Below are positions 9,592 to 19,864 of a stretch of DNA of 30,235 nt, one piece after another. Made by a program: the position numbers and the translations under genes. Source of the DNA: a virus (taxonomy: Duplodnaviria > Caudoviricetes); the IMG/VR virus record IMGVR_UViG_3300005805_000319, positions 1 to 30,235 of that record; one strand, written 5' to 3'. The notes beneath the pieces were generated by a model, which saw only the letters and a list, made by a program, of their open reading frames with translations, was not told the origin of the DNA and searched no databases. Within the stretch, counting starts at the first letter, position 1. Every line of letters begins with the position of its first letter.

Positions 9592-9981
9592 ATGGCTACA
9601 CATACAGGAAGTGAAGGAACGGTCAAAAGCGGCGCAAACGCGGTTGCCGAAATCCGTTCTTATACCATCTCGGAGACGGGTGACACCATTGAAGATTCAA
9701 GCATGGGCGATTCTTCGCGCACCTACAAAGCAGGTCTAAAGACCTTCACGGCTTCGGTTGAATGCTTTTGGGATGAGACTGACACCACAGGTCAGGGTTC
9801 ATTTGATGTTGGCGCAAGTGTTACTTTGAATGTCTATCCAGAGGGTGCTACAACAGGCGATATTTATTACACCGGGAGCGCAATCGTAACGGGCAAAACC
9901 GTCACGGGAACTTTCGATGGAATGGTCGAGGCTTCGTTTACGCTACAAGGTACAGGCGCGTTGAGTGAGTCTACGGTCTAA
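9592..9981 (+). CDS. Tail tube (major tail) protein
   Basis: AGGAGG RBS; 129 aa; YPEG...YTGSAIVT...FTLQGTGAL; synteny. Confidence 0.8.
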   Translation: MATHTGSEGTVKSGANAVAEIRSYTISETGDTIEDSSMGDSSRTYKAGLKTFTASVECFWDETDTTGQGSFDVGASVTLNVYPEGATTGDIYYTGSAIVTGKTVTGTFDGMVEASFTLQGTGALSESTV

Positions 9982-10322
9982 TGGGACTCGGTGAGCGCAT
10001 TGCGGCAAAGCGTCAGGCCGCACGAAGGGTTATTGAGGTTGTGGAATGGGGTGATGATTCTGCTTTGCAAATGTGGGTTAGTCCGCTGACCTGTGCTGAT
10101 GTTGATAAGTTACAACGCAAGCATAAGGACTTTTTGCAAAACATGAGCATCGCCGCGATGGTTGATTTAATCATCCAAAAGGCCGAGGACAAAGAAGGCG
10201 AGAAATTGTTCACGGTGGAAGACAAACCATTCCTGATGCGGGAGCAGATTACGGTGGTTTCCCGCGTTGCGGCTGAGATGTTTGCCACTATTATCACGAC
10301 CGAAGAACACGAAAAAAACTAA
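9981..10322 (+). CDS. Tail assembly chaperone (gpG-like)
   Basis: Between tail tube and tape measure; ends in slippery GAA AAA AAC TAA. Confidence 0.8.
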   Translation: MGLGERIAAKRQAARRVIEVVEWGDDSALQMWVSPLTCADVDKLQRKHKDFLQNMSIAAMVDLIIQKAEDKEGEKLFTVEDKPFLMREQITVVSRVAAEMFATIITTEEHEKN

Positions 10323-10483
10323 TATCCTGTCCGTTGAGGTTTAATCTCATTGCTTTGGCAGACAGGTTAGGTAAAACGATAGAGGAAATAGAAGATATTC
10401 CTCTGTCAGAGTTAAATGAGTGGTTTGCATATTTTAAGGTGAGCGATGGCAGACGGAACCCAAATCAGAATAACCGCCGTTGA
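10316..10483 (+). CDS. -1 frameshift extension of the chaperone (gpGT-like C-terminus)
   Basis: Heptamer A AAA AAC at 10313-10319; -1 frame open as KLISCPLRFNLIALADRLGKTIEEIEDIPLSELNEWFAYF...RR*, typical of gpT. Confidence 0.8.
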   Translation, partial: KLISCPLRFNLIALADRLGKTIEEIEDIPLSELNEWFAYFKVSDGRRNPNQNNRR

Positions 10484-12122
10484 CGCAACCACGGCGGCTT
10501 TTCGTTCTGTTCAGGGCAACATCAGCGGCCTTCAGGGTGCGCTGAGAGGTATTGCCGCACCTCTGGCGGCGGCGTTCTCGGTTGCGGGTATTGTTTCGTT
10601 TATGAAAAGCACCATCGACCTTGCTGACAAATTAAACGATTTGTCGCAAAGAACTGGATTCACAGTCGAGCAATTATCTGCTTTACAAAATGCCGCTAAA
10701 TTAAATGGCGCATCAGCAGAAAGTTTAAATTCTGGCCTAATAAAACTAAGCAAATCTATGTCTGATGCCGCAGGTGGCTCTAAAGAACAATTAGAGGCAT
10801 TCCGAGCATTAGGTATCAGTCAAGAAGAATTAAAAAGCAAAGCACCAATTGATATTTTTTATAAAGTTGCAGATGCTTTCGCTGGAGCGAGAGATGGCGC
10901 AGATAAACTTGCGATTGCTAACACAATAGGCGGTAGAAGTTTTAACGAATTGATTCCTTTGTTAAATGAAGGTAGCGAAGGATTGAAAAAGTTTGGCGCG
11001 TCTTTCACTACTGAAGATGCTAAACGGGCGAGTGAGTTTAATGACAATATCGACCAAATAGTTATTAACCTTCAAAAAATGGCGGCAACTATTTTCGGCC
11101 CCGTTTTAAAAGGGATAAATTCTTTTTTTGCGTCTTTACAAAAAGGCAAACAAGTAATCGCTGATACCGAGGGATTGCTTGGAACCTTTGATATGTTTAC
11201 AGAAGGTTTTGATGCTCAAGCACAAGAAGCAACAAACAGTTACAACAGATTTTTGCAAACAATACAAGAAGGTACAAAAAAAGTAAACGAAGCGGCTAAA
11301 AAAGGTGATTTGCTTGCCGCAGAAAGAAAACGCGCTGAAGAAGAAGCGCGTATGACAGAAAAATTAACTGCGCGAAACGAAGAATTGATTGATGTTTTTA
11401 AAATGGCTCGGCAACCAATCAATGATTATCAAGAAAATATTGCAAAACTAAACAGACTCAAGGCTGAAAATTTAATAACTCTTGATATGTATTACAACGC
11501 ATTAGAAAAAATTGAAGATGCTTATGCAAACACTCTGCCAAAGATTGAACTAAACGATACCGCATTAAAAAAATACATGGATAGCATTTCTAACACAAGA
11601 GATGCAATGGACAATATGGCGGTCAGTTCTCTGGTTAGGCTAGAAGATTCTTTGACTGCCGTGGCGATGGGAACTATGTCATTAAAAGACGCATTCAGGT
11701 CAATGGCTTTATCAATTGTTAGTGACTTGTATAAAATTTTTGTGGCTCGAAAAATTACAGGCGTGATTGCCGATGCAATTTTCGGCCCCGCAGGTAGCGG
11801 TGGAACACAAGCACCAGCACCAATTTCTAATGCTATGCCGGGTCGAGCGCTCGGAGGAACCGTAAATGCAGGTGAGGCTTATATGGTTGGTGAGAAGGGT
11901 GCAGAAATGTTTGTTCCCGGTCGCACAGGTACGATTGTTCCCAACAATCAGTTGGGTGGTAGCGGGGCGGTAGTAAACCAGACGATTAACATCTCCACAG
12001 GTGTTTCTCAAACGGTTCGTGCGGAAGTAATGGGAATGTTGCCGAGAATAGTTGAATCAACCAAGGCCGCAGTTGCAGATGCAAATCGGCGCGGCGGTTC
12101 TTTTGCGAAAATGATGTCATAA
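10446..12122 (+). CDS. Tail tape measure protein
   Basis: 558 aa, Ala-rich and helical; C-terminal RALGG.V...YMVGEKGAEMFVP motif. Confidence 0.9.
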   Translation: MADGTQIRITAVDATTAAFRSVQGNISGLQGALRGIAAPLAAAFSVAGIVSFMKSTIDLADKLNDLSQRTGFTVEQLSALQNAAKLNGASAESLNSGLIKLSKSMSDAAGGSKEQLEAFRALGISQEELKSKAPIDIFYKVADAFAGARDGADKLAIANTIGGRSFNELIPLLNEGSEGLKKFGASFTTEDAKRASEFNDNIDQIVINLQKMAATIFGPVLKGINSFFASLQKGKQVIADTEGLLGTFDMFTEGFDAQAQEATNSYNRFLQTIQEGTKKVNEAAKKGDLLAAERKRAEEEARMTEKLTARNEELIDVFKMARQPINDYQENIAKLNRLKAENLITLDMYYNALEKIEDAYANTLPKIELNDTALKKYMDSISNTRDAMDNMAVSSLVRLEDSLTAVAMGTMSLKDAFRSMALSIVSDLYKIFVARKITGVIADAIFGPAGSGGTQAPAPISNAMPGRALGGTVNAGEAYMVGEKGAEMFVPGRTGTIVPNNQLGGSGAVVNQTINISTGVSQTVRAEVMGMLPRIVESTKAAVADANRRGGSFAKMMS

Positions 12123-12123
12123 C

Positions 12124-12744
12124 ATGGCGATTACCTATCCACTTTCTTTGCCGACCAACAAAGGACTTGCGCGCATTCGTTTGACTGCGAACAATGTGGT
12201 TGGCGTTTCTATGTCACCTTTTACTGCGAAACAACAGATTTACAAATATACAGGTCAGTTCTGGGAGGCCGAGATTTCTCTGCCCCCCATGAAACGCGCA
12301 GATGCGGAGTATTGGATTTCTTTCCTACTAAAACTCAACGGGGCTTATGGGACATTTCTGTTGGGTGACCCAAATGGCGGGACTGCGCGGGGAGTTGCAA
12401 CGGGAACACCATTGGTAAACGGCAGTTCTCAATCAGGAAACGAATTGGTAACGGATGGTTGGACAAATAGCACAACAGGAATTCTGAAGGCCGGGGACTA
12501 TATTCAATTGGGTTCGGGGTCATCTTCACAACTTTACAAGGTTTTGGATGATGTCAATTCTAACGGTTCTGGACAGGCTACTTTGACACTGTGGCCTGAC
12601 CTGCGGACATCTCCCGCAGATAATGCCACTATAACGGTTTCTAACGCCAAGGGCGCGTTCCGTCTTTCCTCTAATGCCCAAGCATGGGACATCAACGAGG
12701 CGACCTTCTACGGCATGACATTCGCGGCTAGGGAGGCTCTGTGA
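12124..12744 (+). CDS. Distal tail protein-like
   Basis: Follows TMP; SPFT..QQ, LKAGDYIQ, WPDLR motifs. Confidence 0.65.
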   Translation: MAITYPLSLPTNKGLARIRLTANNVVGVSMSPFTAKQQIYKYTGQFWEAEISLPPMKRADAEYWISFLLKLNGAYGTFLLGDPNGGTARGVATGTPLVNGSSQSGNELVTDGWTNSTTGILKAGDYIQLGSGSSSQLYKVLDDVNSNGSGQATLTLWPDLRTSPADNATITVSNAKGAFRLSSNAQAWDINEATFYGMTFAAREAL

Positions 12745-12745
12745 T

Positions 12746-13303
12746 ATGGCTAGAAGTCTCCCGTCAGCACTCTCCTCGGAGTTAAATGCGGATGAGTTAA
12801 AACCGTTCTATGCGGTTGAGTTGTTGTTCGATTCTGGCGACATTAGATTTTGGACAGGTTATGGAGATATAAACTCAAACTCAGAAGTTTGGACAGGCTC
12901 TGGAACTGTTTTGTCTTTCTCCTCTACTAACGAATCAACAGATTTATCTGCAAATGGCATGACGCTAACTTTTAGCGGATTGGAAAGTTCTATTGTTTCT
13001 TTGCTTTTGCAAGAGAACTATCGAGGCAGGTCTGCAAAAGTTTATCTTGGTGCGCTAGGCGCAAACAATCTCCCCGTTTCTGATATGTATCAAATTTTTG
13101 CAGGGCGCATGGATATTATGGCCTTGTCTGAGAACGGAGAAACCGCAACGGTTGCGATTACAGTTGAGAATGTCCTAATTGACCTTGATAGACCAAGAGC
13201 GCGCAAACTCACAAACGAAGAACAGTTAAAGCGTTTCGCGGGGGATAATTCATTATCGAATGTAGCAAATCTGCAAGACCGACAGATTGCGTGGGGTAGA
13301 TAA
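12746..13303 (+). CDS. Baseplate hub / minor tail protein (gpL/DUF2163-like)
   Basis: RFWTGYG, FAGRMD, terminal WGR; synteny. Confidence 0.7.
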   Translation: MARSLPSALSSELNADELKPFYAVELLFDSGDIRFWTGYGDINSNSEVWTGSGTVLSFSSTNESTDLSANGMTLTFSGLESSIVSLLLQENYRGRSAKVYLGALGANNLPVSDMYQIFAGRMDIMALSENGETATVAITVENVLIDLDRPRARKLTNEEQLKRFAGDNSLSNVANLQDRQIAWGR

Positions 13304-16173
13304 TGGGTAAAATTAGTTTTAAGTCAGTATTCAAGGCAGTCGTTGTTGCGGCGGTAGTTGCTCTCGCGGTTGGAGTAACTATTGGAACTGGTGGTGCTAG
13401 TCTTGCATTTTATGTAACAAGCGCGGCAGTTACAGCGGCGGCGGTTGCAACGGTTTCACAACTTCTTGCCGAAACTCCAAAAGACTTTGACCTCGGGCAA
13501 CAGTTAAGAGGCCAACTTATCTCGGTTCGCGCACCTGCGGCAGATTCTTTTATCGTTTACGGGGAAACCCGTATTGGTGGAATCATTGTAAATGTAGAAA
13601 CAACAGGCTCAAAAAATGAGACTTTGTTTCAAAGCATTGTTATGGCTGGACATGAGATTCAATCTGTTGAAAAAGTTTATGTTAATGATGAGGAGTTCAC
13701 GCTAACTCCAAGTGGCAACATTTATACAATTAGTTACAAAGGTTCTTCTAGCGTTTTAAATTTTGATTATCTTGTTGGAACCACAACACAATCCGCGATG
13801 GAATTGATGTCGGGAACCACGGCGGCGGCTTATCAATACAAGGGTCTTGCAGTTCTTGGGGTTAAGGCGGTATATGACCAAGATAAATTCCCGCAAGGAT
13901 TGCCAAACTTCACCGCTAAAGTCAGGGGCAAGAAGGTCTACGACCCGCGAACCGCGACAACTGCATATTCCACAAATGCCGCACTCTGCATTCGAGATTA
14001 TCTAACAAACACCGAATTCGGTCTTGGAGCGACTGCGGCTGAGATAGATGATTCAGCCTTCTCGACTGCGGCAGATGTTTGCGATGAGAATGTTTCTCTT
14101 GCAACAGGTGGAACTGAGAAACGCTACACAATCAACGGAGCATTTTCCTCGGGCGAGAAACCCAAGGATGTTCTCGGCAAGATGCTAACCGCTTGTGGAG
14201 GGCAATTGGCCTATGTGGGTGGCAAATGGGTTCTGCGGGTTGCGGCCTATCGTTCTCCAAGTCTGACCCTGACGGATGATGACATTGTTGGCGAAATAAG
14301 CATTCAAGGTTCTCAGTCTCGCAGGGACATTTTTAATGCGGTCAAAGGTACTTATTCTGAACCCGCAACCCTTTATCAGTTAAACAGTTTTCCTCCTCAA
14401 ACTAATGCAACTTATGAGGCCGAGGACAATGAACGGATTTACAAAGACATCCAGTTGCCGTTTACGACCTCTGTGGCGACTTGTCAGCGTTTGGCAAAAA
14501 TTGACCTCGAAAAAGCGCGACAACAGATTTCGGTCACTATGTCTTGCAAACTGACTGCATTCGCCCTTCAACCCGGAGACACGGTAAATCTGACCATTCC
14601 TAGATATGGGTGGAGTTCCAAGATTTTTGAAGTAGTAAATTGGGATTTTGAATTTATCGGTGCTGATTCAGGTGCGACCCCGATTGTTAACCTTTCCCTG
14701 CGGGAGACTGCCTCTGGAGTCTACGATTGGAACTCGGGCATGGAGACAACGGTTGATATTGCGCCGAATACAAACCTACCTGACCCATTTATCGTTACAA
14801 CTCCGGGGATTACAATCTCTGATGAACTTACTGTTATTTCCGAGGAAGTATTTACAAAACTTGTTGTGGATGTCACGGGAACCTCAACCTTTCAAGATTA
14901 TTACGAGGTGCAAGCAAAATTATCTACGGAAACAGAATTCACAAATTTAGGGCAAGCAACAGGCAATCGTTTTGAATTAGTCAATGTGCAAGATGGGGCG
15001 ACATACAATGTCCGTGCGCGTTCAGTAAATAGTTTAGGAGTGCGGTCTGCATTCATCACAGGAAACCATCAAGTAGTAGGCAAAACAACACCTCCGCAAA
15101 ATATAAGCAATTTTTCAATTAACATTATCGGAACCGAGGCTCACTTGTCTTGGACTGCGGTAACAGACTTAGATTTGTCGCATTACAAAATTCGTCATTC
15201 TCGGCTGACTAGCGGAGCAACTTACGCAAACGCAGTAGATTTATTACCAAAGGTTTCTCGACCTGCCACAACTGCGGTGGCTCCCGCCATGACGGGGACT
15301 TACTTTATCAAGGCTATTGATAAACTTGGAAACGCCTCAGAATTAGCAACTGAGACTGTTGCAATTATTGAAGATATTAAAGGTTTGAATGTTGTTCAAA
15401 CTGTTACAGAAAGTCCATCATTTCCGGGTACAAAATATGAAGTAAATGTAGTTGATTCGCAATTAGTTCTTGATACCGCCGCAAACTTTGATGATGTTTC
15501 AGGATTGTTTGATGATACGGATGGCGATTTTGATGGTGGCGGCGGGACTGTTTCCACACAAGGATATTATGACTTTTCAACCGTAGTTGACCTCGGAGCA
15601 ATTTATACATCTCGAGTTACGGCCTATATGGAAACAGGCCGACTTGACTATGTAAACACTTTTGATGATGGGATTGGATTATTTGATGACCGGGAAGGTT
15701 TATTTGATGGCGATGTTGATGCCTTTGATGATGTTAATGTTGAATTACAGGTTTCCACAACAGAAGATAATCCATCAGGTTCGCCAACTTGGAGTAGTTA
15801 TAGAAAGTTTTTTGTTGGAGATTACAAGGCAAGAGGACTGCGATTTAGATGTGTTTTAAATTCTGGTGACGCAGGGGCAACGCCAACTGTTTCCGTTTTG
15901 CAGGTCACGGTGGATATGCCTGACCGAGTCGCGGCAGAGGCAGATATTGTTTCAGGCACAGACGCAGGTGGGAAGGTTGTTAACTTTGCTCCCGCGTTTA
16001 AGGCAATCCCTGCGATTGGTATTGCGGCTCAGAATTTAGCGCAAGGTGATTACTACACAATTACCTCTAAAAGCGCGTCATCATTTACAATTAAGTTCTT
16101 AAATTCAAGTGGTTCTGTGGTAAACCGAACCTTCGATTATGTTGCCAAAGGTTACGGCGAACTCGCCGCGTAA
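13303..16173 (+). CDS. Tail tip / host-specificity protein (gpJ-like) with FnIII domains
   Basis: 956 aa; IVYGETRIGG, VRGKKVYDPR, NAALCIRDYL, LQPGD, YNVRARSVN. Confidence 0.88.
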   Translation: MGKISFKSVFKAVVVAAVVALAVGVTIGTGGASLAFYVTSAAVTAAAVATVSQLLAETPKDFDLGQQLRGQLISVRAPAADSFIVYGETRIGGIIVNVETTGSKNETLFQSIVMAGHEIQSVEKVYVNDEEFTLTPSGNIYTISYKGSSSVLNFDYLVGTTTQSAMELMSGTTAAAYQYKGLAVLGVKAVYDQDKFPQGLPNFTAKVRGKKVYDPRTATTAYSTNAALCIRDYLTNTEFGLGATAAEIDDSAFSTAADVCDENVSLATGGTEKRYTINGAFSSGEKPKDVLGKMLTACGGQLAYVGGKWVLRVAAYRSPSLTLTDDDIVGEISIQGSQSRRDIFNAVKGTYSEPATLYQLNSFPPQTNATYEAEDNERIYKDIQLPFTTSVATCQRLAKIDLEKARQQISVTMSCKLTAFALQPGDTVNLTIPRYGWSSKIFEVVNWDFEFIGADSGATPIVNLSLRETASGVYDWNSGMETTVDIAPNTNLPDPFIVTTPGITISDELTVISEEVFTKLVVDVTGTSTFQDYYEVQAKLSTETEFTNLGQATGNRFELVNVQDGATYNVRARSVNSLGVRSAFITGNHQVVGKTTPPQNISNFSINIIGTEAHLSWTAVTDLDLSHYKIRHSRLTSGATYANAVDLLPKVSRPATTAVAPAMTGTYFIKAIDKLGNASELATETVAIIEDIKGLNVVQTVTESPSFPGTKYEVNVVDSQLVLDTAANFDDVSGLFDDTDGDFDGGGGTVSTQGYYDFSTVVDLGAIYTSRVTAYMETGRLDYVNTFDDGIGLFDDREGLFDGDVDAFDDVNVELQVSTTEDNPSGSPTWSSYRKFFVGDYKARGLRFRCVLNSGDAGATPTVSVLQVTVDMPDRVAAEADIVSGTDAGGKVVNFAPAFKAIPAIGIAAQNLAQGDYYTITSKSASSFTIKFLNSSGSVVNRTFDYVAKGYGELAA

Positions 16174-16182
16174 GGAGAAACA

Positions 16183-16803
16183 ATGTCACAACACGACATG
16201 AATATTGCGAACCAAGGCTTTCCAGCCTTCAGGTCTGATTTAAACAATGCACTCGCGGCATTGGTATCCACTTCTTCAGGGGCGACTGCGCCTAGCACAA
16301 CTTTCGCGCATCAACTGTGGGTCGATACTGCGGCAAATCCTAGCGTTCTCAAGATTCGGAATGCGGATAACGATGCGTGGATTTCGGTTGGCGAGTTAAA
16401 TCAAACCACGGATTTGCTGACAAAGGTTTACGGTCTGGTTATCGGAACCGATGTTCAGGCTTACGATGTAGATACCGCCAAGACCGATGTGGCTCAGACC
16501 TTCTCAGCCTCTCAACGCGGTACGGTTACAACAGACAATGATGGTTCGTTCTCGATGAACGCAACCAACAATTTCAAATGCACCCCAACGGGTAACTTTA
16601 CCCTGACATTTACAAACATAACTGCGGGACAGTCTGGGTTCATTCTGTTGGTTAACTCAGGTGCGTATACTGTTTCTGCCCATGCGAATACGAAGGTTCA
16701 GACAGGCGCGTTAGCGGCTATATCTGCGGCAGGGACTTATCTCCTGTCATATTGGTCAGACGGTACTAATGTCTATGTAACGCACTCAGGAGCGATGGCG
16801 TGA
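16183..16803 (+). CDS. Tail fibre adaptor/proximal fibre protein
   Basis: AAGGAG RBS; MSQHD..IANQ.F..FRSDLN N-terminus; GLVIGTDVQAYD. Confidence 0.65.
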   Translation: MSQHDMNIANQGFPAFRSDLNNALAALVSTSSGATAPSTTFAHQLWVDTAANPSVLKIRNADNDAWISVGELNQTTDLLTKVYGLVIGTDVQAYDVDTAKTDVAQTFSASQRGTVTTDNDGSFSMNATNNFKCTPTGNFTLTFTNITAGQSGFILLVNSGAYTVSAHANTKVQTGALAAISAAGTYLLSYWSDGTNVYVTHSGAMA

Positions 16804-19172
16804 CGATTCTACAAAGTGGGGTAATTCCCTCCACAGGCGGCTATCAGATTGAACGCTCACTCAGGTTCAATAGCGCAGACTCGGCGTATCTGAACAGGAC
16901 TCCTGCGTCTGCTGGTAACCGTAAGACTTGGACTTGGAGTGGGTGGTTTAAGACAGTAGCGCAGGGGGGGAATTACACAATAATTTCTACTGGGTCTTCA
17001 GGAAACTACACACAAGTTTTATTGACAGGAAGTCAATTAAGCGCAACTGCACAAACATCTTCATCTTACACATTAATTCAAAATAGTTCGGCACTTTTCC
17101 GTGACCCATCAGCGTGGTATCACTTTGTGTGGGCAGTAGACACTACTCAAGCTACTGCTGCGAATCGTTCAAAAATGTATATAAACGGGACTCAAATAGC
17201 AATTGACGGCTCTCCAACATATCCTTCACAAAATGCAGATTTATGGGTAAACGCAGCCGCCGCACACTTTATGGGGCAAAGTTTTGCTTCTTCTAATTAT
17301 TTCTCCGGCTACCTCACAGAAATAAACTTCATTGACGGTCAAGCCCTAACCCCATCAGACTTCGGTGAAACAGATGCACAGACAGGTGTATGGAAGCCCA
17401 AGGCTTACTCTGGCACATACGGTACTAACGGGTTCTACCTAAAGTTTGCAGACAACTCTGGCACGACCAGCACAACGCTAGGCAAGGACAGTTCAGGAAA
17501 CGGTAACAACTGGACACCTAACAACTTCTCGGTGACGGCTGGCTCCGGCAATGACTCGATGGTGGATTCACCTACGTCATACGGTACAGACACAGGTGTT
17601 GGTGGTGAGGTGCGTGGGAATTACTGTACTTGGAATCCACTGCGCTATGCAACTTCAGTAACATATGCAAATGGAAATTTAGAGGCTACTTTTACCAACA
17701 ACGTTCCAACAGCATCAACAATTGCAATTCCTTCAACTGGAAAATGGTATTTTGAAGCATCTCCAAGTGCAATTACTTTTTTTGATGATTTAATTCAAAC
17801 AGCAATTGGATTAATTCCTCAAAGCACAGGCACTCAAGATGCCAACCAAACAGGCCTTACATATGCCGGAAATGGTAAAAAGGTAAACGCAGGAACAGCA
17901 TCTACTTATGGTGCTTCATATGCGGCGAACGACATTATTGGGGTTGCGGTTGATATGGACGCCGCAACACTTACGTTCTATAAAAACGGATCATCGCAAG
18001 GAACGGCGTTTACAAGTATTTCGACAACCACTACTTGGTTTGCATCTGCTTGCCAGCGAAATTCCGGGACTTGGACACTAAATGCAGGCCAACGCCCATT
18101 CGCCTACACAGCCCCCTCTGGCTTTAAGGCATTGTGTACAACTAATCTGCCTACGCCGACCATCGGCGCTACTAGCACTACACAGGCGAATGATTACTTT
18201 AATGTGGTGACGTATACAGGTAACGGAACTAGCCTTAGCGTAACTGGTGTTGGCTTCCAGCCTGATTTAATCTGGATTAAAGACAGAAGCAATGCAAGGG
18301 CGCACGTTTTACAAAATGCTATTGCTGGCTTTTCCCAATATCTACAATCTAATGCTACAGATGCAGAGACAACAGCATCTTCTGGCGTAACTGCGGTTGG
18401 GTCTGATGGATTTACGGTTGGAACTCAGTTGGCATGGAATAGTAATACTGAAACCTATGTCGCATGGAACTGGAACGCTGGCGGCTCTAACGCTACCAAC
18501 ACCTCTGGCACTATAACCAGCACAGTCAGGGCAAATACGACTAGCGGGTTCTCGATTGTTACTTACACCGGCACAGGCTCTAACGCCACGGTGGGGCATG
18601 GTCTTGGAGTTGCGCCATCCATGATTATTCTTAAAGGTCGAACAAATGCTGACCAATGGTTTATTTGGCACAATACCTTTACATCTTCGCAATACATTTA
18701 CTTTAATACAACCGCTATTGTTTCTGGCGCAAACCCGTGGAATAGCACGTTACCAACAAGCACTTTATTTTCTCTAGGTACAGATGCAGGTGTAAATGGA
18801 AACGGGACAACCTACGTTGCTTATTGCTTCGCCCCAGTAGCGGGTTATAGCGCCTTTGGAAGTTACACGGGCAATGGTTCGAGCGATGGGCCGTTTGTGT
18901 ACACAGGGTTTAGGCCAAGATATGTGCTGATAAAGCGCACAGATACCACAAATAATTGGTTTGTTAGTGATTCGTCTATAGCACCATACAACCTAGTCGA
19001 AAATGGTTTATATCCAAACCTCTCAAACGCTGAAGGAGCAATCAACGCTCTTGACTTTTTGTCCAATGGGTTCAAGCCACGGGCTAACTACGCTGGTGCA
19101 AACGCTAGTGGTGGAACCTACATCTACGCCGCTTTTGCCGAGTCACCTTTCAAATACTCCCTCGCACGATAG
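16800..19172 (+). CDS. Tail fibre / receptor-binding protein with LamG (ConA-like) and SPRY domains and repeated YTGNG modules
   Basis: 790 aa; SLRFN, FRDPSAWYH, GKWYFE, IGVAVDMD, three V.YTG.G repeats. Confidence 0.8.
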   Translation: MTILQSGVIPSTGGYQIERSLRFNSADSAYLNRTPASAGNRKTWTWSGWFKTVAQGGNYTIISTGSSGNYTQVLLTGSQLSATAQTSSSYTLIQNSSALFRDPSAWYHFVWAVDTTQATAANRSKMYINGTQIAIDGSPTYPSQNADLWVNAAAAHFMGQSFASSNYFSGYLTEINFIDGQALTPSDFGETDAQTGVWKPKAYSGTYGTNGFYLKFADNSGTTSTTLGKDSSGNGNNWTPNNFSVTAGSGNDSMVDSPTSYGTDTGVGGEVRGNYCTWNPLRYATSVTYANGNLEATFTNNVPTASTIAIPSTGKWYFEASPSAITFFDDLIQTAIGLIPQSTGTQDANQTGLTYAGNGKKVNAGTASTYGASYAANDIIGVAVDMDAATLTFYKNGSSQGTAFTSISTTTTWFASACQRNSGTWTLNAGQRPFAYTAPSGFKALCTTNLPTPTIGATSTTQANDYFNVVTYTGNGTSLSVTGVGFQPDLIWIKDRSNARAHVLQNAIAGFSQYLQSNATDAETTASSGVTAVGSDGFTVGTQLAWNSNTETYVAWNWNAGGSNATNTSGTITSTVRANTTSGFSIVTYTGTGSNATVGHGLGVAPSMIILKGRTNADQWFIWHNTFTSSQYIYFNTTAIVSGANPWNSTLPTSTLFSLGTDAGVNGNGTTYVAYCFAPVAGYSAFGSYTGNGSSDGPFVYTGFRPRYVLIKRTDTTNNWFVSDSSIAPYNLVENGLYPNLSNAEGAINALDFLSNGFKPRANYAGANASGGTYIYAAFAESPFKYSLAR

Positions 19173-19181
19173 GAGCAACAA

Positions 19182-19703
19182 ATGTTTTTACTAAATAACG
19201 TAACCATATCCGTCGACTCTGAACAAGTCATTAACGGCATACGCTACCCACACCTGCGTGACCCTGCCCTGCGTGAGCAACTAGGCATCGTAGAGGTAGC
19301 CGACCCAGAGAATTTTGACCAGCGTTTTTACTGGGGCGTAGGTAATCCTAAACTTCTAAATGACCGTGAGGAAGTAGACCAAGACGGCAACCCCATGTAC
19401 GTCAAAGTCTTGGGCGTGGTCAACGGACAACCTGCGATGGTGGATTCTACGGAGCGTCTAGTTACCAAGGGTCTTAAGAGCCAATGGATTGCACAGATTA
19501 AGCAGACTGCTGGTTCTATGCTTGCCCAGACCGATTGGATGGTAGTCCGCAAGGCAGAGCGCAATGTAGACATACCCGCAACGGTGGTCGCAAAGCGTGC
19601 GGCGATTGTGGCTGAGTGCGACAGGCTAGAGGCGGCGATTGCGGCTTGCACGACAGTCGAGGCTTTAATCACGGTGGTTAGCAACCAAAATTGGGGTGAA
19701 TAA
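19182..19703 (+). CDS. Tail fibre assembly/chaperone protein
   Basis: AGGAG RBS; FDQRFYW and LAQTDWMVVRKAE motifs; follows the fibre gene. Confidence 0.7.
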   Translation: MFLLNNVTISVDSEQVINGIRYPHLRDPALREQLGIVEVADPENFDQRFYWGVGNPKLLNDREEVDQDGNPMYVKVLGVVNGQPAMVDSTERLVTKGLKSQWIAQIKQTAGSMLAQTDWMVVRKAERNVDIPATVVAKRAAIVAECDRLEAAIAACTTVEALITVVSNQNWGE

Positions 19704-19864
19704 TGGCAAGCATCGGAGAGGTAAAAGGTCAATTAGATACCCATGAGGCCGTTTGTGCTGAACGCTATCTTGGGATAAATGCACGACTCAAAAGACTTGA
19801 GCAAATTTTGATTGGGTCTGCGGGATGCATCATTATCCTTTTGCTCAACCTAATCACTAAATGA
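19703..19864 (+). CDS. Small membrane protein, XhlA/holin-like (53 aa; not in ORF track)
   Basis: MASIGEVKGQLDTHEAVCAERYLGINARLKRLEQILIGSAGCIIILLLNLITK; coiled coil plus C-terminal TM; TAATG and ATGA overlaps. Confidence 0.7.
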   Translation: MASIGEVKGQLDTHEAVCAERYLGINARLKRLEQILIGSAGCIIILLLNLITK

